This document shows positions 10,400-20,196 of a DNA stretch of 64,000 nt, in pieces. The DNA lies in NCBI GenBank assembly GCA_039586795.1, contig JBDHJS010000001.1, positions 64,001 to 128,000 on the forward strand, given 5' to 3'. The notes beneath the pieces were generated by a model. It worked only from the letters and a program-made list of their open reading frames with translations. It was not told where the DNA came from and did no database searches. The stretch is from Gemmatimonadota bacterium (GTDB lineage: Bacteria > Gemmatimonadota > Gemmatimonadetes > Palauibacterales > KS3-K002). A program made the position numbers and the translations under genes. Within the stretch, counting starts at the first letter, position 1; each line of letters starts with the position of its first letter.

Positions 10400-11353
10400 A
10401 TGCAGTATCGACCATTGGGCAGGTCAGGAATCAAGGTCAGCACGATATCGTTGGGTAGCTGGCTCACGTTCGGGCACAAGACGGACGAGTCGGCGACGGT
10501 GAAGTGCGTGCAGCGTGCGTTCGACCTGGGGATCAACCTGTTCGACACCGCCAACGTGTACGCCGCGGGCCGCGCCGAGGAAGTGCTGGGTGCGGCGCTG
10601 GCTCCGCTTCCCCGCCACGAGTACGTGCTCGCCACCAAGGCCTACTTCCCCGTCGGGCCCGGTCCGAACGATCGGGGGTTATCGCGCAAGCACATCTTCG
10701 AGCAGGTGCACATGAGCCTGAGGCGGCTCGGCACCGATTACGTCGACCTGTTCCAGTGCCACCGCTACGACGACGAGACGCCGCTGGACGAGACGCTCCG
10801 AGCCATCGACGACCTGATCACGCAAGGCGAGGTACTGTACGGTGGGGTGAGCATGTGGTCAGCGGAGAACATCGGCGCAGCCGTCAAACTGGGCAACGAC
10901 CTCGGGCTCCGCCGCCTGATCTCGGACCAGCCCCAATACCACATGTTTCAGCCCGAAATCGAAACAAACGGCGTACTGGACGTGTGCGCCCGTGAAGGAC
11001 TGGGCCTGATCGTTTACTCGCCACTGGCCAGAGGGTTACTGACCGGGAAGTACTCGTCGATCGCGGATGTACCTGACGACTCCCGCGCTGCTGACGAGAT
11101 CGGGAAGACGTTCATGGGCCCCTGGTTCAGCGACGATGGGCTCCGGAAAGTCGAACGACTCAAGAGTATTGCCGACGGAGCGGGCATCACGTTGACCGAG
11201 ATGGCCCTGGCCTGGTGCCTGCGACTGCCGGAGATCACATCGGCGATCATCGGCGCATCGAAGATCTCGCACGTTGAAGAGAACGCGGCCGCGTCAGGGA
11301 TAGTGTTGTCCGAGGACGTGCTGGCAGCGATCGACGACGTGCTGACCGGGTGA
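10400..11353 (+). CDS. Aldo/keto reductase (Kv-beta-like)
   Basis: YRPLGRSGIKVS, FDTANVY, LATK, YSPLARGLLTGKY. Confidence 0.95.
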   Translation: MQYRPLGRSGIKVSTISLGSWLTFGHKTDESATVKCVQRAFDLGINLFDTANVYAAGRAEEVLGAALAPLPRHEYVLATKAYFPVGPGPNDRGLSRKHIFEQVHMSLRRLGTDYVDLFQCHRYDDETPLDETLRAIDDLITQGEVLYGGVSMWSAENIGAAVKLGNDLGLRRLISDQPQYHMFQPEIETNGVLDVCAREGLGLIVYSPLARGLLTGKYSSIADVPDDSRAADEIGKTFMGPWFSDDGLRKVERLKSIADGAGITLTEMALAWCLRLPEITSAIIGASKISHVEENAAASGIVLSEDVLAAIDDVLTG

Positions 11354-11357
11354 CGGC

Positions 11358-11852
11358 TTACTCAGCTCCCCCAATCGAGGTTCCCTTACTCCTCTCAATC
11401 GACTGTAGGGCAAGGTACCCGTCCCCGTACTTCTGAATGTTCTCCACTTCGTTCGTGAACTGGTCGTGGTGGCGCTCCTCGTCGGCGACCATGTCCTCGA
11501 ATAGGCGCTTGGTTGCGGAGTCCGCGTTGGCGCCGCACTCGTTGGCCCACTCGTTGTATTCTCTGGCGCTCTGCGACTCCATCGCGGCGGCCTTCTCGAG
11601 CATCTTCTTCACATCGTGAGTTTTCTCTACTTCCTCGGAGGCCTTCATCTCCACTTCGCCACCCAGGAACAGGATGCGCTCCGCCGCCCTCTCGATGTGG
11701 ATCATCTCCTCGATCGCCGTCCGCCTGAACAGGCCGGCGATGAGATCGTATCCCTGATCGTCACAGTGGAAATGGAAGTACATATAGTAATGTACGGCTG
11801 ACAGCTCCTCGGCGACCGTCTTGTTAAGTAGCGCGATGCTCCCCTCATGCAT
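11358..11852 (-). CDS. bfr: Bacterioferritin
   Basis: Ferroxidase ligands EEL...EEMIH...DEERH, heme-ligand Met in EEM, ERILFLGG. Confidence 0.85.
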   Translation of the reverse strand: MHEGSIALLNKTVAEELSAVHYYMYFHFHCDDQGYDLIAGLFRRTAIEEMIHIERAAERILFLGGEVEMKASEEVEKTHDVKKMLEKAAAMESQSAREYNEWANECGANADSATKRLFEDMVADEERHHDQFTNEVENIQKYGDGYLALQSIERSKGTSIGGAE

Positions 11853-11883
11853 CTCGGGACTCCCTCCAATGAACCGGGGCTAT

Positions 11884-12204
11884 CTATCGGGGCACGAGTT
11901 CCACGAACACTTCCATGACCCCACCGCACACGGCGGGGCTAAATGACAGGTAGTCGTCTGTGAGATCTACGCGAACCAATTTGGGCGCGCCAGTGGCGAT
12001 CACTTCCTGCGCCGCGGCCAAAACCTCCGCTTCGCCGCAGCCGCCGCCGATCGTTCCGATCAGAGTGCCGTCCCCTCCGATGAGCATCTTGCTGCCGGTA
12101 TCCCGCGGTGTCGAACCTTTCACGCGGACGACTGTCGCCAGAGCGACGTTTCGGTCGGTTTCGGTCCCGGCTATGAGCGCTTCATAGATCTCGCGATCAT
12201 CCAT
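11884..12204 (-). CDS. XdhC/CoxI N-terminal domain protein
   Basis: ALATVVRVKGSTPR, GTIGGGCGE, VCGGVMEVFVE. Confidence 0.9.
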   Translation of the reverse strand: MDDREIYEALIAGTETDRNVALATVVRVKGSTPRDTGSKMLIGGDGTLIGTIGGGCGEAEVLAAAQEVIATGAPKLVRVDLTDDYLSFSPAVCGGVMEVFVELVPR

Positions 12205-12219
12205 GTATCAATAGACCCC

Positions 12220-13032
12220 TCAGAGCTTGCGTTTCACCTTCTCGATCACTCGTTCTTCCCGGCTAAGTTGTCCGCCGGAACCGCCGCGCCTTACGGCCAC
12301 TAGTTCAGCAGCGATGGCCAGCGCGATCTCTTCCGGCGTCTCAGCCGCGATGTCGAGACCGATCGGCGCGTGCACGCTCTCGAGGCGCGCCGGATCCACA
12401 CCGTCGCCGACCAGGGCCTCGAACGCCGCGCGGACCCGTCGGCGGCTGCCGATCATGCCCAGGTACGCGGGCTCCGCTTTCATCCGTAGCAGTTCGAGTA
12501 TGCAATCGTAGTCGTACTTGTGCCCGCGAGTCACCAGAACAACGTAGCTATTTTCGCTGACGCTCAGGTCGACGAACGGCTCGCCGAAATCGATGAGCAC
12601 GACTTTGGTCGCCTCGGGAAAGTGCTGTCGATCGGCATACTCAGGGCGATCATCGGCTACCGTCACCCGAAAACCGAGCAAAGCGCCGAGGCGACAGAGC
12701 GGCCGCGCGATGTGACCGGCGCCGATAATCAGTAGATCGGGGACGGCCAGCTGCGGCTCGACGTAGAGCTGCCAGGCGCCGCCTTCCATCTCGAGTTCGT
12801 GGAGTCCGCGCTCTCCGTTTGCCAGTGCATCACGGGCGAGGGCTGTCGCTCGCTCATCAGGCTCGGGCGCGCCAAGTCCGCCGTCAACGGACTGTGCGGT
12901 GACAAGGATTCGTCGGCCCACGGCGCCGGCAACTGGAGCGCTCACAACCGTGACCACGACCATCGGCTCACCCCCTTCCTGAGCCGCAAGCGCCCGGCGG
13001 GCCGCGTCTACGGCACTGACGTGTTCGCTCAC
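12220..13032 (-). CDS. xdhC: XdhC family Mo-cofactor chaperone (Rossmann domain)
   Basis: IIGAGHIA, VTRGHKYD, YLGMIGSRRR, PIGLDIAAETPEEIA. Confidence 0.9.
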   Translation of the reverse strand: MSEHVSAVDAARRALAAQEGGEPMVVVTVVSAPVAGAVGRRILVTAQSVDGGLGAPEPDERATALARDALANGERGLHELEMEGGAWQLYVEPQLAVPDLLIIGAGHIARPLCRLGALLGFRVTVADDRPEYADRQHFPEATKVVLIDFGEPFVDLSVSENSYVVLVTRGHKYDYDCILELLRMKAEPAYLGMIGSRRRVRAAFEALVGDGVDPARLESVHAPIGLDIAAETPEEIALAIAAELVAVRRGGSGGQLSREERVIEKVKRKL

Positions 13033-13616
13033 TAGCGATCCCTCACATAGCGGTCGTAGTCGTCGGGTGTGTCCACGTCGGCAAGTACACCTGGATCGTC
13101 GATCTCGACGCCCACCGATCGGTCCGCATGGCGGCGAACCACGGTCCGAGCGCCTTCCGGAAGATCCTCGTCGAGCAGCTCGCTGAACAGCGAGGCGTCG
13201 AAAATGACCGGGTGGCCGTGGCGTCCCTGATGGACGGGCCTGACGATGGGCGCGCCGCCTGTCTCAAATGCCTGGATCAACGCCGTCACGGTTGCGGGCC
13301 GGACAAGCGGGTGATCGACCGGGAGGACGACGGCAGCCGCGGCGGTCTCATCCACCGCTCTCAGCCCGGCACGCAAAGAGTCGATCTGCTGGGTGCCGGA
13401 GCCTCCGCCCCAGGTGGTATGTGCGGAGCCCTCAGGAACCAGTCCGGCAATCGCCGGCTCGTCCGGGTTGAGCACGACGACCACCTGCGCGCACCCTCCT
13501 TCGACCAGCGTGCGCACAGCGCGCTGCAAGAAAGTCTCGTTGTCTACAGGCAGCGATGCCTTCGGCCGGCCCATACGCTCCGAGCGGCCGCCGGTCAGGA
13601 TGATACCGACGATCAT
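13032..13616 (-). CDS. mocA: Molybdenum cofactor cytidylyltransferase (MocA/YgfJ-like)
   Basis: ILTGGRSERMGRPK, PVDHP, GHPVIF, DVDTPDDY; cotranscribed with xdhC. Confidence 0.8.
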   Translation of the reverse strand: MIVGIILTGGRSERMGRPKASLPVDNETFLQRAVRTLVEGGCAQVVVVLNPDEPAIAGLVPEGSAHTTWGGGSGTQQIDSLRAGLRAVDETAAAAVVLPVDHPLVRPATVTALIQAFETGGAPIVRPVHQGRHGHPVIFDASLFSELLDEDLPEGARTVVRRHADRSVGVEIDDPGVLADVDTPDDYDRYVRDR

Positions 13617-13664
13617 ACGTTGAAGATGAGACGCTGGGGGTGCAGCGTCAAAAGCCGAGACCCG

Positions 13665-14495
13665 TCACTCGAGAGGTAGTTCGAAAGATGGCGCTCCCTC
13701 GGTGGGATCGGCGCTCAGAGGACCCGGGTCGCACATGCGTACGAGGGGCACGACGCGGTCGGGATCGGTTCCACCTGACAAACCGAAGAGTAGGATCGTC
13801 CGTGGAACCCATTTGTCGCTCCCGTGGATGCCCAGTCGGATTTCTCCCGCGTCGTCCTGGGCTTCCTTCTTGGTGAACGGGCGATCGACGGGTACCTCGT
13901 AGATATTCGCCGTGTTGATCTCCAGGTCAGCTTGAGGCGTGTCACTGATCGTTTGATGAACGGCGGGACCATCTGGCGTGACGACGCGTAGCCAGATCGG
14001 GTCGTCCGTCCCCGCATAAGGCGCAGCATACGTGACGACGACGAGCAGTAGCTTTTCGATGGGCGTATTAGCGTCGCCCTTGGAAACGTATCGGATATGA
14101 CCCGAGCTAACCCCTTCTCGCGGGTCGAGACTCAACGTGAAAGTCGGGCTCATGTCCAGCGCTAGCGGGATGGTCTTCTTCTCCCGCGACCAACCCCAGA
14201 CCATGATCAAGTCGGGCCGCCAAAGGTCCGTCGACGTGGTCACCAGCCTGACGTAGAGTTCACCGGGGTCGACCTGATCGTCGGCCAGCTCCGTCTTCGG
14301 CATATCTCTGAGCGAGTGCATCGTGTAGATCGATTGCCCCCGCTTCAGCTCGCCTACGGTCGTAGGCGCGAAGAGCGGGCAGTTGACCCGGTCGGCGCCC
14401 CGCTGATTGACGACGAGCCAGGGTCGGGCACCGGTTCCGCTGAAACGCTCATTGGCGGTGCGGATAGCGACGGATAGAGAGGCGAACGCGCCCAT
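13665..14495 (-). CDS. Hypothetical protein with two PLAT/LH2-like repeats
   Basis: Internal duplication: VAIRTANERFSGTGARPWLVV...DLWRP and VVVTYAAPYAGTDDPIWLRV...DKWVP. Confidence 0.6.
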   Translation of the reverse strand: MGAFASLSVAIRTANERFSGTGARPWLVVNQRGADRVNCPLFAPTTVGELKRGQSIYTMHSLRDMPKTELADDQVDPGELYVRLVTTSTDLWRPDLIMVWGWSREKKTIPLALDMSPTFTLSLDPREGVSSGHIRYVSKGDANTPIEKLLLVVVTYAAPYAGTDDPIWLRVVTPDGPAVHQTISDTPQADLEINTANIYEVPVDRPFTKKEAQDDAGEIRLGIHGSDKWVPRTILLFGLSGGTDPDRVVPLVRMCDPGPLSADPTEGAPSFELPLE

Positions 14496-14731
14496 TCTGG
14501 TCCCCTTTCAGAGATACAAGCCGACGCGACAGAGCAAGTCGCTGTACGGCACTGAGCCGTCAGGATCAGGGGACGACATTGCGGGCAAGAGACGGCGTCG
14601 ATCGGCCCGCCAGGGATGGGCCCCAATAGTGGGATGTTGCCTTGGCCGAGGCCTCACGAGAGCGACGCAACGTCGGTCCGGCCTCAACCTGTCTGCCCGC
14701 GATGTAGCAAATATAGAGCGCCAGCGTCTGT

Positions 14732-14754
14732 GGCGACACAACTGGTGTGTCGCC
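14732..14754. terminator. Hairpin downstream of the FNR gene
   Basis: GGCGACACA-actgg-TGTGTCGCC perfect stem; no strong U-tract. Confidence 0.4.
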
Positions 14755-14773
14755 GGAATCTTGACCAAACCGG

Positions 14774-16171
14774 TCAGCGGCCGAGCGCCGTCAGCATCTC
14801 CTCGACCGAGGCGATCTTGACCCGCGGGCGGCCCTGCTGGGCGCCGTTCGCGTCTTCCAGGTCCTTTATCCGCTGCCAATCCTGCCAGGTCACGAGATCG
14901 GGCTGCGCCTGACGGACGAAGCTCTCCGTGGCCGCCGGATCTGCGTTCGCCGGCTCGAGGACCCTACCCTTCGCCACGTCCTCCAGCATGCACTCGACGG
15001 TCTCTACGGCGCATGCCTTGTTCGTGCCGATCACGCCGGACGGCCCGCGCTTGATCCAGCCGGCGACATAGAGGCCCGGCACGGGTTCGCCGGTCTCGGT
15101 GTCGGTGACACGGCCGTTCTGGTTGGGGATCACACCCCAACTATCATGGAAGGGCACATCGGGCACGGCGACACCGCGGTAGCCGACCGAACGAAAGACG
15201 ATATCGACATCGATCTCCTCGGTTTCGTCGGTCGCCCTTGGCCTCAGCGAACCGTCGTCGCTCTTGTACAACTCGTTCTTGACGATCTTCATGTTGCCGA
15301 CGCCGCCCGCTCCGTCGTCGTGGAGCTCGACGGGCGAGACGAGGAAGCGCATGTGGAGCTTCTTGGGCTTTCCGGCGGCCTCGGCGCCGACGAAAGCGTT
15401 GAGGATGTCGATCTTCTTCAGATCTTCCTTGGACGCGGACTCGAACTGCTCGGCGCTTAACGCATCGAGCTCGATCTCGTCCGCCACGACTTCGAGGTCG
15501 GCTCCGGCGAGCTCGCCCAGCTCCTTGAGCTCGGGATTGGTGAACTTGGCCTGGAGCGGTCCCCGGCGACCGAGGATATAGACTTCTTTTATGTTCGAGT
15601 TGGCGAGCGCCTCTAGGGCATGGTCGGCGATGTCCGTGGTCACCAGCTCGTCCCGGGTCCGACACAGAATGCGGGCAACATCGGCGGCGACGTTGCCGAC
15701 GCCAACGACGGCAGCCTTCTCAACCGACAGATCGAATTCGTAATCCTTGTAGTCAGGGTGGCCGTTGTACCAGGCGACGAACTCGGTCGCGGGGTGACTA
15801 CGATGGAGATCCTCGCCCGGGATCCCCATCAAGCGATCGGTTTGGGCGCCGGTGGTGAAGCAGACCTCGTGGTAGTGGCTCTGGAGATCGGCGACCGTGA
15901 TGTCTTTGCCGACGTCGACGTTTCCGAAGAACCGGAACCCCGGGTTCGCGGCGATCTTCTCGTAGACCCGCGTGACGTTCTTAATCTTCTCGTGGTCGGG
16001 GGCCACGCCGAACCGGACCAGCCCGAATGGGACCGGTAGACGGTCATACATGTCGACCTGAACCGAGACATCCTGTTGCTTGAAGAGCTTCTCGGCGGCG
16101 TAGAAGCCGGCGGGTCCGGAGCCGACGATCGCCACACGTATAGGTTGAGACTCGCTGCCCAGCTGGGTCAT
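14774..16171 (-). CDS. Ferredoxin/adrenodoxin-NADP+ reductase (FprA-like)
   Basis: VGSGPAGFY, FGLVRFGVAPDH, GVGNVAADVAR, GWIKRGPSGVIGTN; start at ATG 16171 after AGGAGG. Confidence 0.92.
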   Translation of the reverse strand: MTQLGSESQPIRVAIVGSGPAGFYAAEKLFKQQDVSVQVDMYDRLPVPFGLVRFGVAPDHEKIKNVTRVYEKIAANPGFRFFGNVDVGKDITVADLQSHYHEVCFTTGAQTDRLMGIPGEDLHRSHPATEFVAWYNGHPDYKDYEFDLSVEKAAVVGVGNVAADVARILCRTRDELVTTDIADHALEALANSNIKEVYILGRRGPLQAKFTNPELKELGELAGADLEVVADEIELDALSAEQFESASKEDLKKIDILNAFVGAEAAGKPKKLHMRFLVSPVELHDDGAGGVGNMKIVKNELYKSDDGSLRPRATDETEEIDVDIVFRSVGYRGVAVPDVPFHDSWGVIPNQNGRVTDTETGEPVPGLYVAGWIKRGPSGVIGTNKACAVETVECMLEDVAKGRVLEPANADPAATESFVRQAQPDLVTWQDWQRIKDLEDANGAQQGRPRVKIASVEEMLTALGR

Positions 16172-16336
16172 CCGATGCGCCTCCTGAGGGCTGAAAAGGG
16201 ACTTGTCGCCGCGAGGATCGGCGCCGAAATGATAAGCTACGAGGGGCCAGCGGGCGACCCCGTTGCCGCCAGCCCGGCCCTTCCCTAGCATTCCTTCGCC
16301 CTACCACCATCACCCAGCGAACCGGAGGCCCGCACC

Positions 16337-17716
16337 ATGATCCGCACGAAACGGCTGCTTCTTCCTATCGCCATCGGTGTAATGCTCGTACTCGGCACCA
16401 CGCCAGCTGCGCTGTCGGGACAGGAACGCCCCCTGGGCACGCTCCGCGACCAGGCGCGGATCGAGCAAAGTTGGCTCGAGCTGCGACTCGAGCGCGTGCT
16501 GCCCCGCTTGATGCGCGAGTACGACGTCGACATGTGGATCATCCCGATGCGGGAGTACAACGAGGATCCGGTCTTCGTCGGCCTCGTGTCGCCCACTACG
16601 TTCGCGGCGCGGCGCCGCACGATCTACGCGTTCTGCGATCGAGGAGTTGAAGAAGGCATCGATCGCATCGCCGTCGGCGGTAGCTCCCAAGGCGGCCTGT
16701 ACCGCGTGGTTCGCGATCCAAATGCAGCGACCGGCGCCGCCGCGGGCCAGAATCGCCAGGCCGAGCCCTGGGGCCCGGATCAGTGGAACCTGCTTCCGCC
16801 GATCATCGAGGCCTGCGACCCGGACAGGATCGCCGTGAATATCTCGCACACGTTCGCCTTCTCGGATGGTCTGTCGGCGGGCGAATGGGAGCAGATGTCG
16901 GCCGCGATACCCGAGATGTACAAGGATCGAGTCGTACGAAGCGAGCAGCTCGCCCTCGACTACATCTCGGAGCGACTACCCGAGATGCTGCCGATCTACA
17001 TCGAGATGATGGAGATCGCCCACGAGATCATCGCGACGGCGTTCTCGAATGAGGTGATTACACCCGGCGTCACTCGAACCCAGGATGTGGTCTGGTGGAT
17101 GCGTCAGCGTCTGAACGACTTGGGGCTGGGCACATGGTTCCAGCCATCGGTCGATGTGCAACGCCGCGGTGGATTGGGCGACGACGCAGGGAACCCAGTC
17201 ATCATCCACGGCGACGTCCTGCATTGTGATTTTGGCGTCACGGCGCTGGGACTCAACACCGACACGCAGCACATGGGCTACGTGTTGCGGCCGGGTGAAT
17301 CAGATGCACCCGCCGGTTTATATGCCGCGCTGGCCAACAGCAATCGAATGCAGGACATCACGATGGACGAGCTGGAGCCGGGGCGAACGGGGAACGAGGT
17401 ATTGGAGCGGTCGCTACGGCGGATGAGAGACGAAGGCATTGATGGAACGCTCTACAGCCATCCGGTGGGCGATCACGGGCATGGTGCCGGTCCGCTGGTC
17501 GGGTTGTGGGACCGGCAGGACGGCGTGCCGGGTCGCGGCGATGTGCCGGTGAAGGTGAACACGTGGTATTCCATCGAGCTGCAGTCGGGGACGCCGGTGC
17601 CGGAGTGGGATGATCAGGTGGTGCGGATGGCTTTGGAGGAGGACGCGTATATCGATGGTGAGGGGAAGCGGCATTGGGTTTTGTCGCGGCAGGAGAGGTT
17701 TCATCTGGTGAAGTAG
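16337..17716 (+). CDS. Secreted M24 (Xaa-Pro) metallopeptidase
   Basis: Signal peptide; metal ligands HCDFG, TDTQH, SHPVGDHGH, SIE, LEED. Confidence 0.88.
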   Translation: MIRTKRLLLPIAIGVMLVLGTTPAALSGQERPLGTLRDQARIEQSWLELRLERVLPRLMREYDVDMWIIPMREYNEDPVFVGLVSPTTFAARRRTIYAFCDRGVEEGIDRIAVGGSSQGGLYRVVRDPNAATGAAAGQNRQAEPWGPDQWNLLPPIIEACDPDRIAVNISHTFAFSDGLSAGEWEQMSAAIPEMYKDRVVRSEQLALDYISERLPEMLPIYIEMMEIAHEIIATAFSNEVITPGVTRTQDVVWWMRQRLNDLGLGTWFQPSVDVQRRGGLGDDAGNPVIIHGDVLHCDFGVTALGLNTDTQHMGYVLRPGESDAPAGLYAALANSNRMQDITMDELEPGRTGNEVLERSLRRMRDEGIDGTLYSHPVGDHGHGAGPLVGLWDRQDGVPGRGDVPVKVNTWYSIELQSGTPVPEWDDQVVRMALEEDAYIDGEGKRHWVLSRQERFHLVK

Positions 17717-17791
17717 AGTGGGAATTGTCGAAGAGGATTCAACGATTCACTCATTCTGGATTGGAGTTTGGAGTGGCATGAGGGGTGAGCT

Positions 17792-18916
17792 GTGAGGCGC
17801 AGAGCGGTCTGGGCGGGCGTCGGTACTGCTGCGTTGGTGCTGGTTTATTTCCTGGCGTGGCCGGTGCCGATCGATCCGGTGGAGTGGGAGGCGCCGGTGA
17901 ACCCGGGGTATACAGGCGCGTTTGAGGTTAACGAGAGGTTGGCGCAGGTCGAGACGTTCTCGATTGGGGATAATGTTGGGCCGGAGGCGGTGGCGGTCGA
18001 TGGTGAAGGACGTGTTTACGTCTCGACGAAAGACGGGTGGATCGTGCGGTTGCAGTCGGATGGGTCAGCGGCGGAGAACTGGGCGAATACCGACGGCCGA
18101 CCGCTGGGGATGGAGTTTGACGCCGCCGGCAACCTGATCGTCGCCGACGCCCATCACGGTTTGCTTTCGGTCGCGCCAGACGGAAGCGTCAGCTTGCTGG
18201 TGATGGAGGCCGACGGGATACCGATCCGTTTCGCCAACGATCTGGACGTCGCGCCCGACGGCCGGATCTACTTCACGGACTCGTCCACCAAGTTTGCGCC
18301 CATCGATTGGGAAGGAACCACAGCGGCGGCGTTACTCGAGCTGATGGAACATGGCGGCAATGGACGCCTGCTGGTCTACGACCCCGAGATCGGGAGCGCC
18401 ACGGCGGTGATCGACGGCCTCAGTTACGCCAATGGAGTCGCGGTCGCTCACGATGGATCGTTCGTGCTGGTGAACGACATGGGGAGTTACAGAGTGCTTC
18501 GCGTCTGGCTCAGAGGACCCTACACGGGATCCAGCGAACCACTCATCGAGGAGCTGCCCGGTTTCCCGGACAACCTGTCCCGTGGCCTGGACGGCCGGTA
18601 CTGGGTGGCGTTCATCTCGCCGCGCAATTCGCTTGTCGACGCGCTCTCTGACAATCCATTCCTTCGCAAAGTGGTGCAGCGACTCCCCGCGTTCCTTCGA
18701 CCCGCCGCGACCCACTACGGTCATATCATCGCCGTGGATCATAGCGGTCGAGTGATAGAAGACCTGCAAGACCCGAGGGGAGCGCTACCGATGATCAGCG
18801 GCGTGCGCGAGACCGAAGACTTCCTTTGGTTGGGGAATGTGGAGTCACCGGTGGTGGGACGGATCAATAAGACGCAGGTTCAATGCTGCAAAGCAGCTCT
18901 CACGGACCACGAGTAG
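17792..18916 (+). CDS. Strictosidine synthase-like / SMP-30 beta-propeller
   Basis: GPE, GRPLG, FANDLD, YFTDSS, ANGV, LPGFPDN; N-terminal anchor. Confidence 0.9.
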   Translation: MRRRAVWAGVGTAALVLVYFLAWPVPIDPVEWEAPVNPGYTGAFEVNERLAQVETFSIGDNVGPEAVAVDGEGRVYVSTKDGWIVRLQSDGSAAENWANTDGRPLGMEFDAAGNLIVADAHHGLLSVAPDGSVSLLVMEADGIPIRFANDLDVAPDGRIYFTDSSTKFAPIDWEGTTAAALLELMEHGGNGRLLVYDPEIGSATAVIDGLSYANGVAVAHDGSFVLVNDMGSYRVLRVWLRGPYTGSSEPLIEELPGFPDNLSRGLDGRYWVAFISPRNSLVDALSDNPFLRKVVQRLPAFLRPAATHYGHIIAVDHSGRVIEDLQDPRGALPMISGVRETEDFLWLGNVESPVVGRINKTQVQCCKAALTDHE

Positions 18917-18948
18917 CCTACGAAAACAAACCGCTAGGAGAACGACCG

Positions 18949-20043
18949 ATGCCCGGAATCACACGACGCTCCTTTTTCAGGAATAGCATCCTAGCTGGCG
19001 CCGGCGCCGCCGTCTGGCAGAGACTCACCCCATCCGCCCAGGCGAGCGCGCCCGCCCCGACGTTTGGCCGAAAGTCAGCCACCACGCCGATGGTCGTCAC
19101 AAGCCATCCGAACGACACCGGGCGCCGGGCGCTGGAGATCGCCTGGGAGATCCTTGCGGATGGTGGTACTGCGCTGGATGCGGTCGAGAAGGCGACGAAC
19201 CACATCGAGTTGGACCCGAACGACTGGAGCGTAGGGTATGGTGGCCTTCCCAACGAGCGCGGTGTGGTACAACTCGACGCTTCGATCATGGACGGCAAAA
19301 CATACAGCGCCGGATCGGTCGCATCTCTGGAGAACATCGTGCATCCATCATCGGTGGCGCGACTGGTTATGGAGCGCACCGACCACGTGATGTTGGTGGG
19401 CCCCGGCGCTCTCGAGTTCGCCACGTCCTGGGGCTTCGAGGAGCAAGAGCTGCTCACAGAACGGGCGCGGGAGCGTTGGCTGCAGTGGCGTGAAGAACAC
19501 AGCGAGCGGGACGACTACGGTCCGCCCGACCATGTCAAGACGGGCAGCGACGAGCGCGGAGCTTCCCTCCCCGGTAGCGATCCCGAGACGTATGGGACGG
19601 TTAACGTGCTGGCGGTCGACAACAACGGTGATGTCGCCGGGATCACGAGCACCAGCGGTTTGTCGTGGAAGATCCACGGCCGTATCGGCGATTCGCCAAT
19701 CATCGGCGCCGGTCTCTATGTGGACAACGATGTCGGCGCCGCCGGCGCCACCGGTCGCGGCGAAGACGTGATCAAGGCCTGCTCGTCGTACTACATCGTC
19801 ATGCGGATGCGTGAGGGTCGGTCACCGCAGGAGGCGTGCGAAGACGCGCTCCACTACATCGCCGACCGCTACCGGTCGGTGGGGCTGGACTACCTCCCGG
19901 GCGAGAAGTTCGTGGCAATGAACCGGGACGGCGAGGTAGGCTGCGCCCAGACGTTCGGGCGGAATGCCCCGAGGATGACGGTGGCAGGCGGATCCGGGAT
20001 CGAGGTTTATTCCGGGGAGACGGTCTTCAGCCGGGAAGACTGA
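18949..20043 (+). CDS. Tat-exported Ntn-hydrolase (glycosylasparaginase / isoaspartyl peptidase family)
   Basis: Tat motif TRRSFF; SVGYGG, LDASIMDG, GTVN nucleophile, GRIGDSPIIGAG; ATG 18949 after AGGAG. Confidence 0.9.
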   Translation: MPGITRRSFFRNSILAGAGAAVWQRLTPSAQASAPAPTFGRKSATTPMVVTSHPNDTGRRALEIAWEILADGGTALDAVEKATNHIELDPNDWSVGYGGLPNERGVVQLDASIMDGKTYSAGSVASLENIVHPSSVARLVMERTDHVMLVGPGALEFATSWGFEEQELLTERARERWLQWREEHSERDDYGPPDHVKTGSDERGASLPGSDPETYGTVNVLAVDNNGDVAGITSTSGLSWKIHGRIGDSPIIGAGLYVDNDVGAAGATGRGEDVIKACSSYYIVMRMREGRSPQEACEDALHYIADRYRSVGLDYLPGEKFVAMNRDGEVGCAQTFGRNAPRMTVAGGSGIEVYSGETVFSRED

Positions 20044-20196
20044 TGATTCGGGGATTCGCTCAGCCAATCGCCGAAGCCGCGAATCTGGTGACCCCCGAAT
20101 CGCTCCAATCCCTCCGAGTAGACGTGGCGGGCCGTATATAGTTATATTTAGATATAGGCATTATAAATGACAGTAACCCATAGAGAGATAAACACT

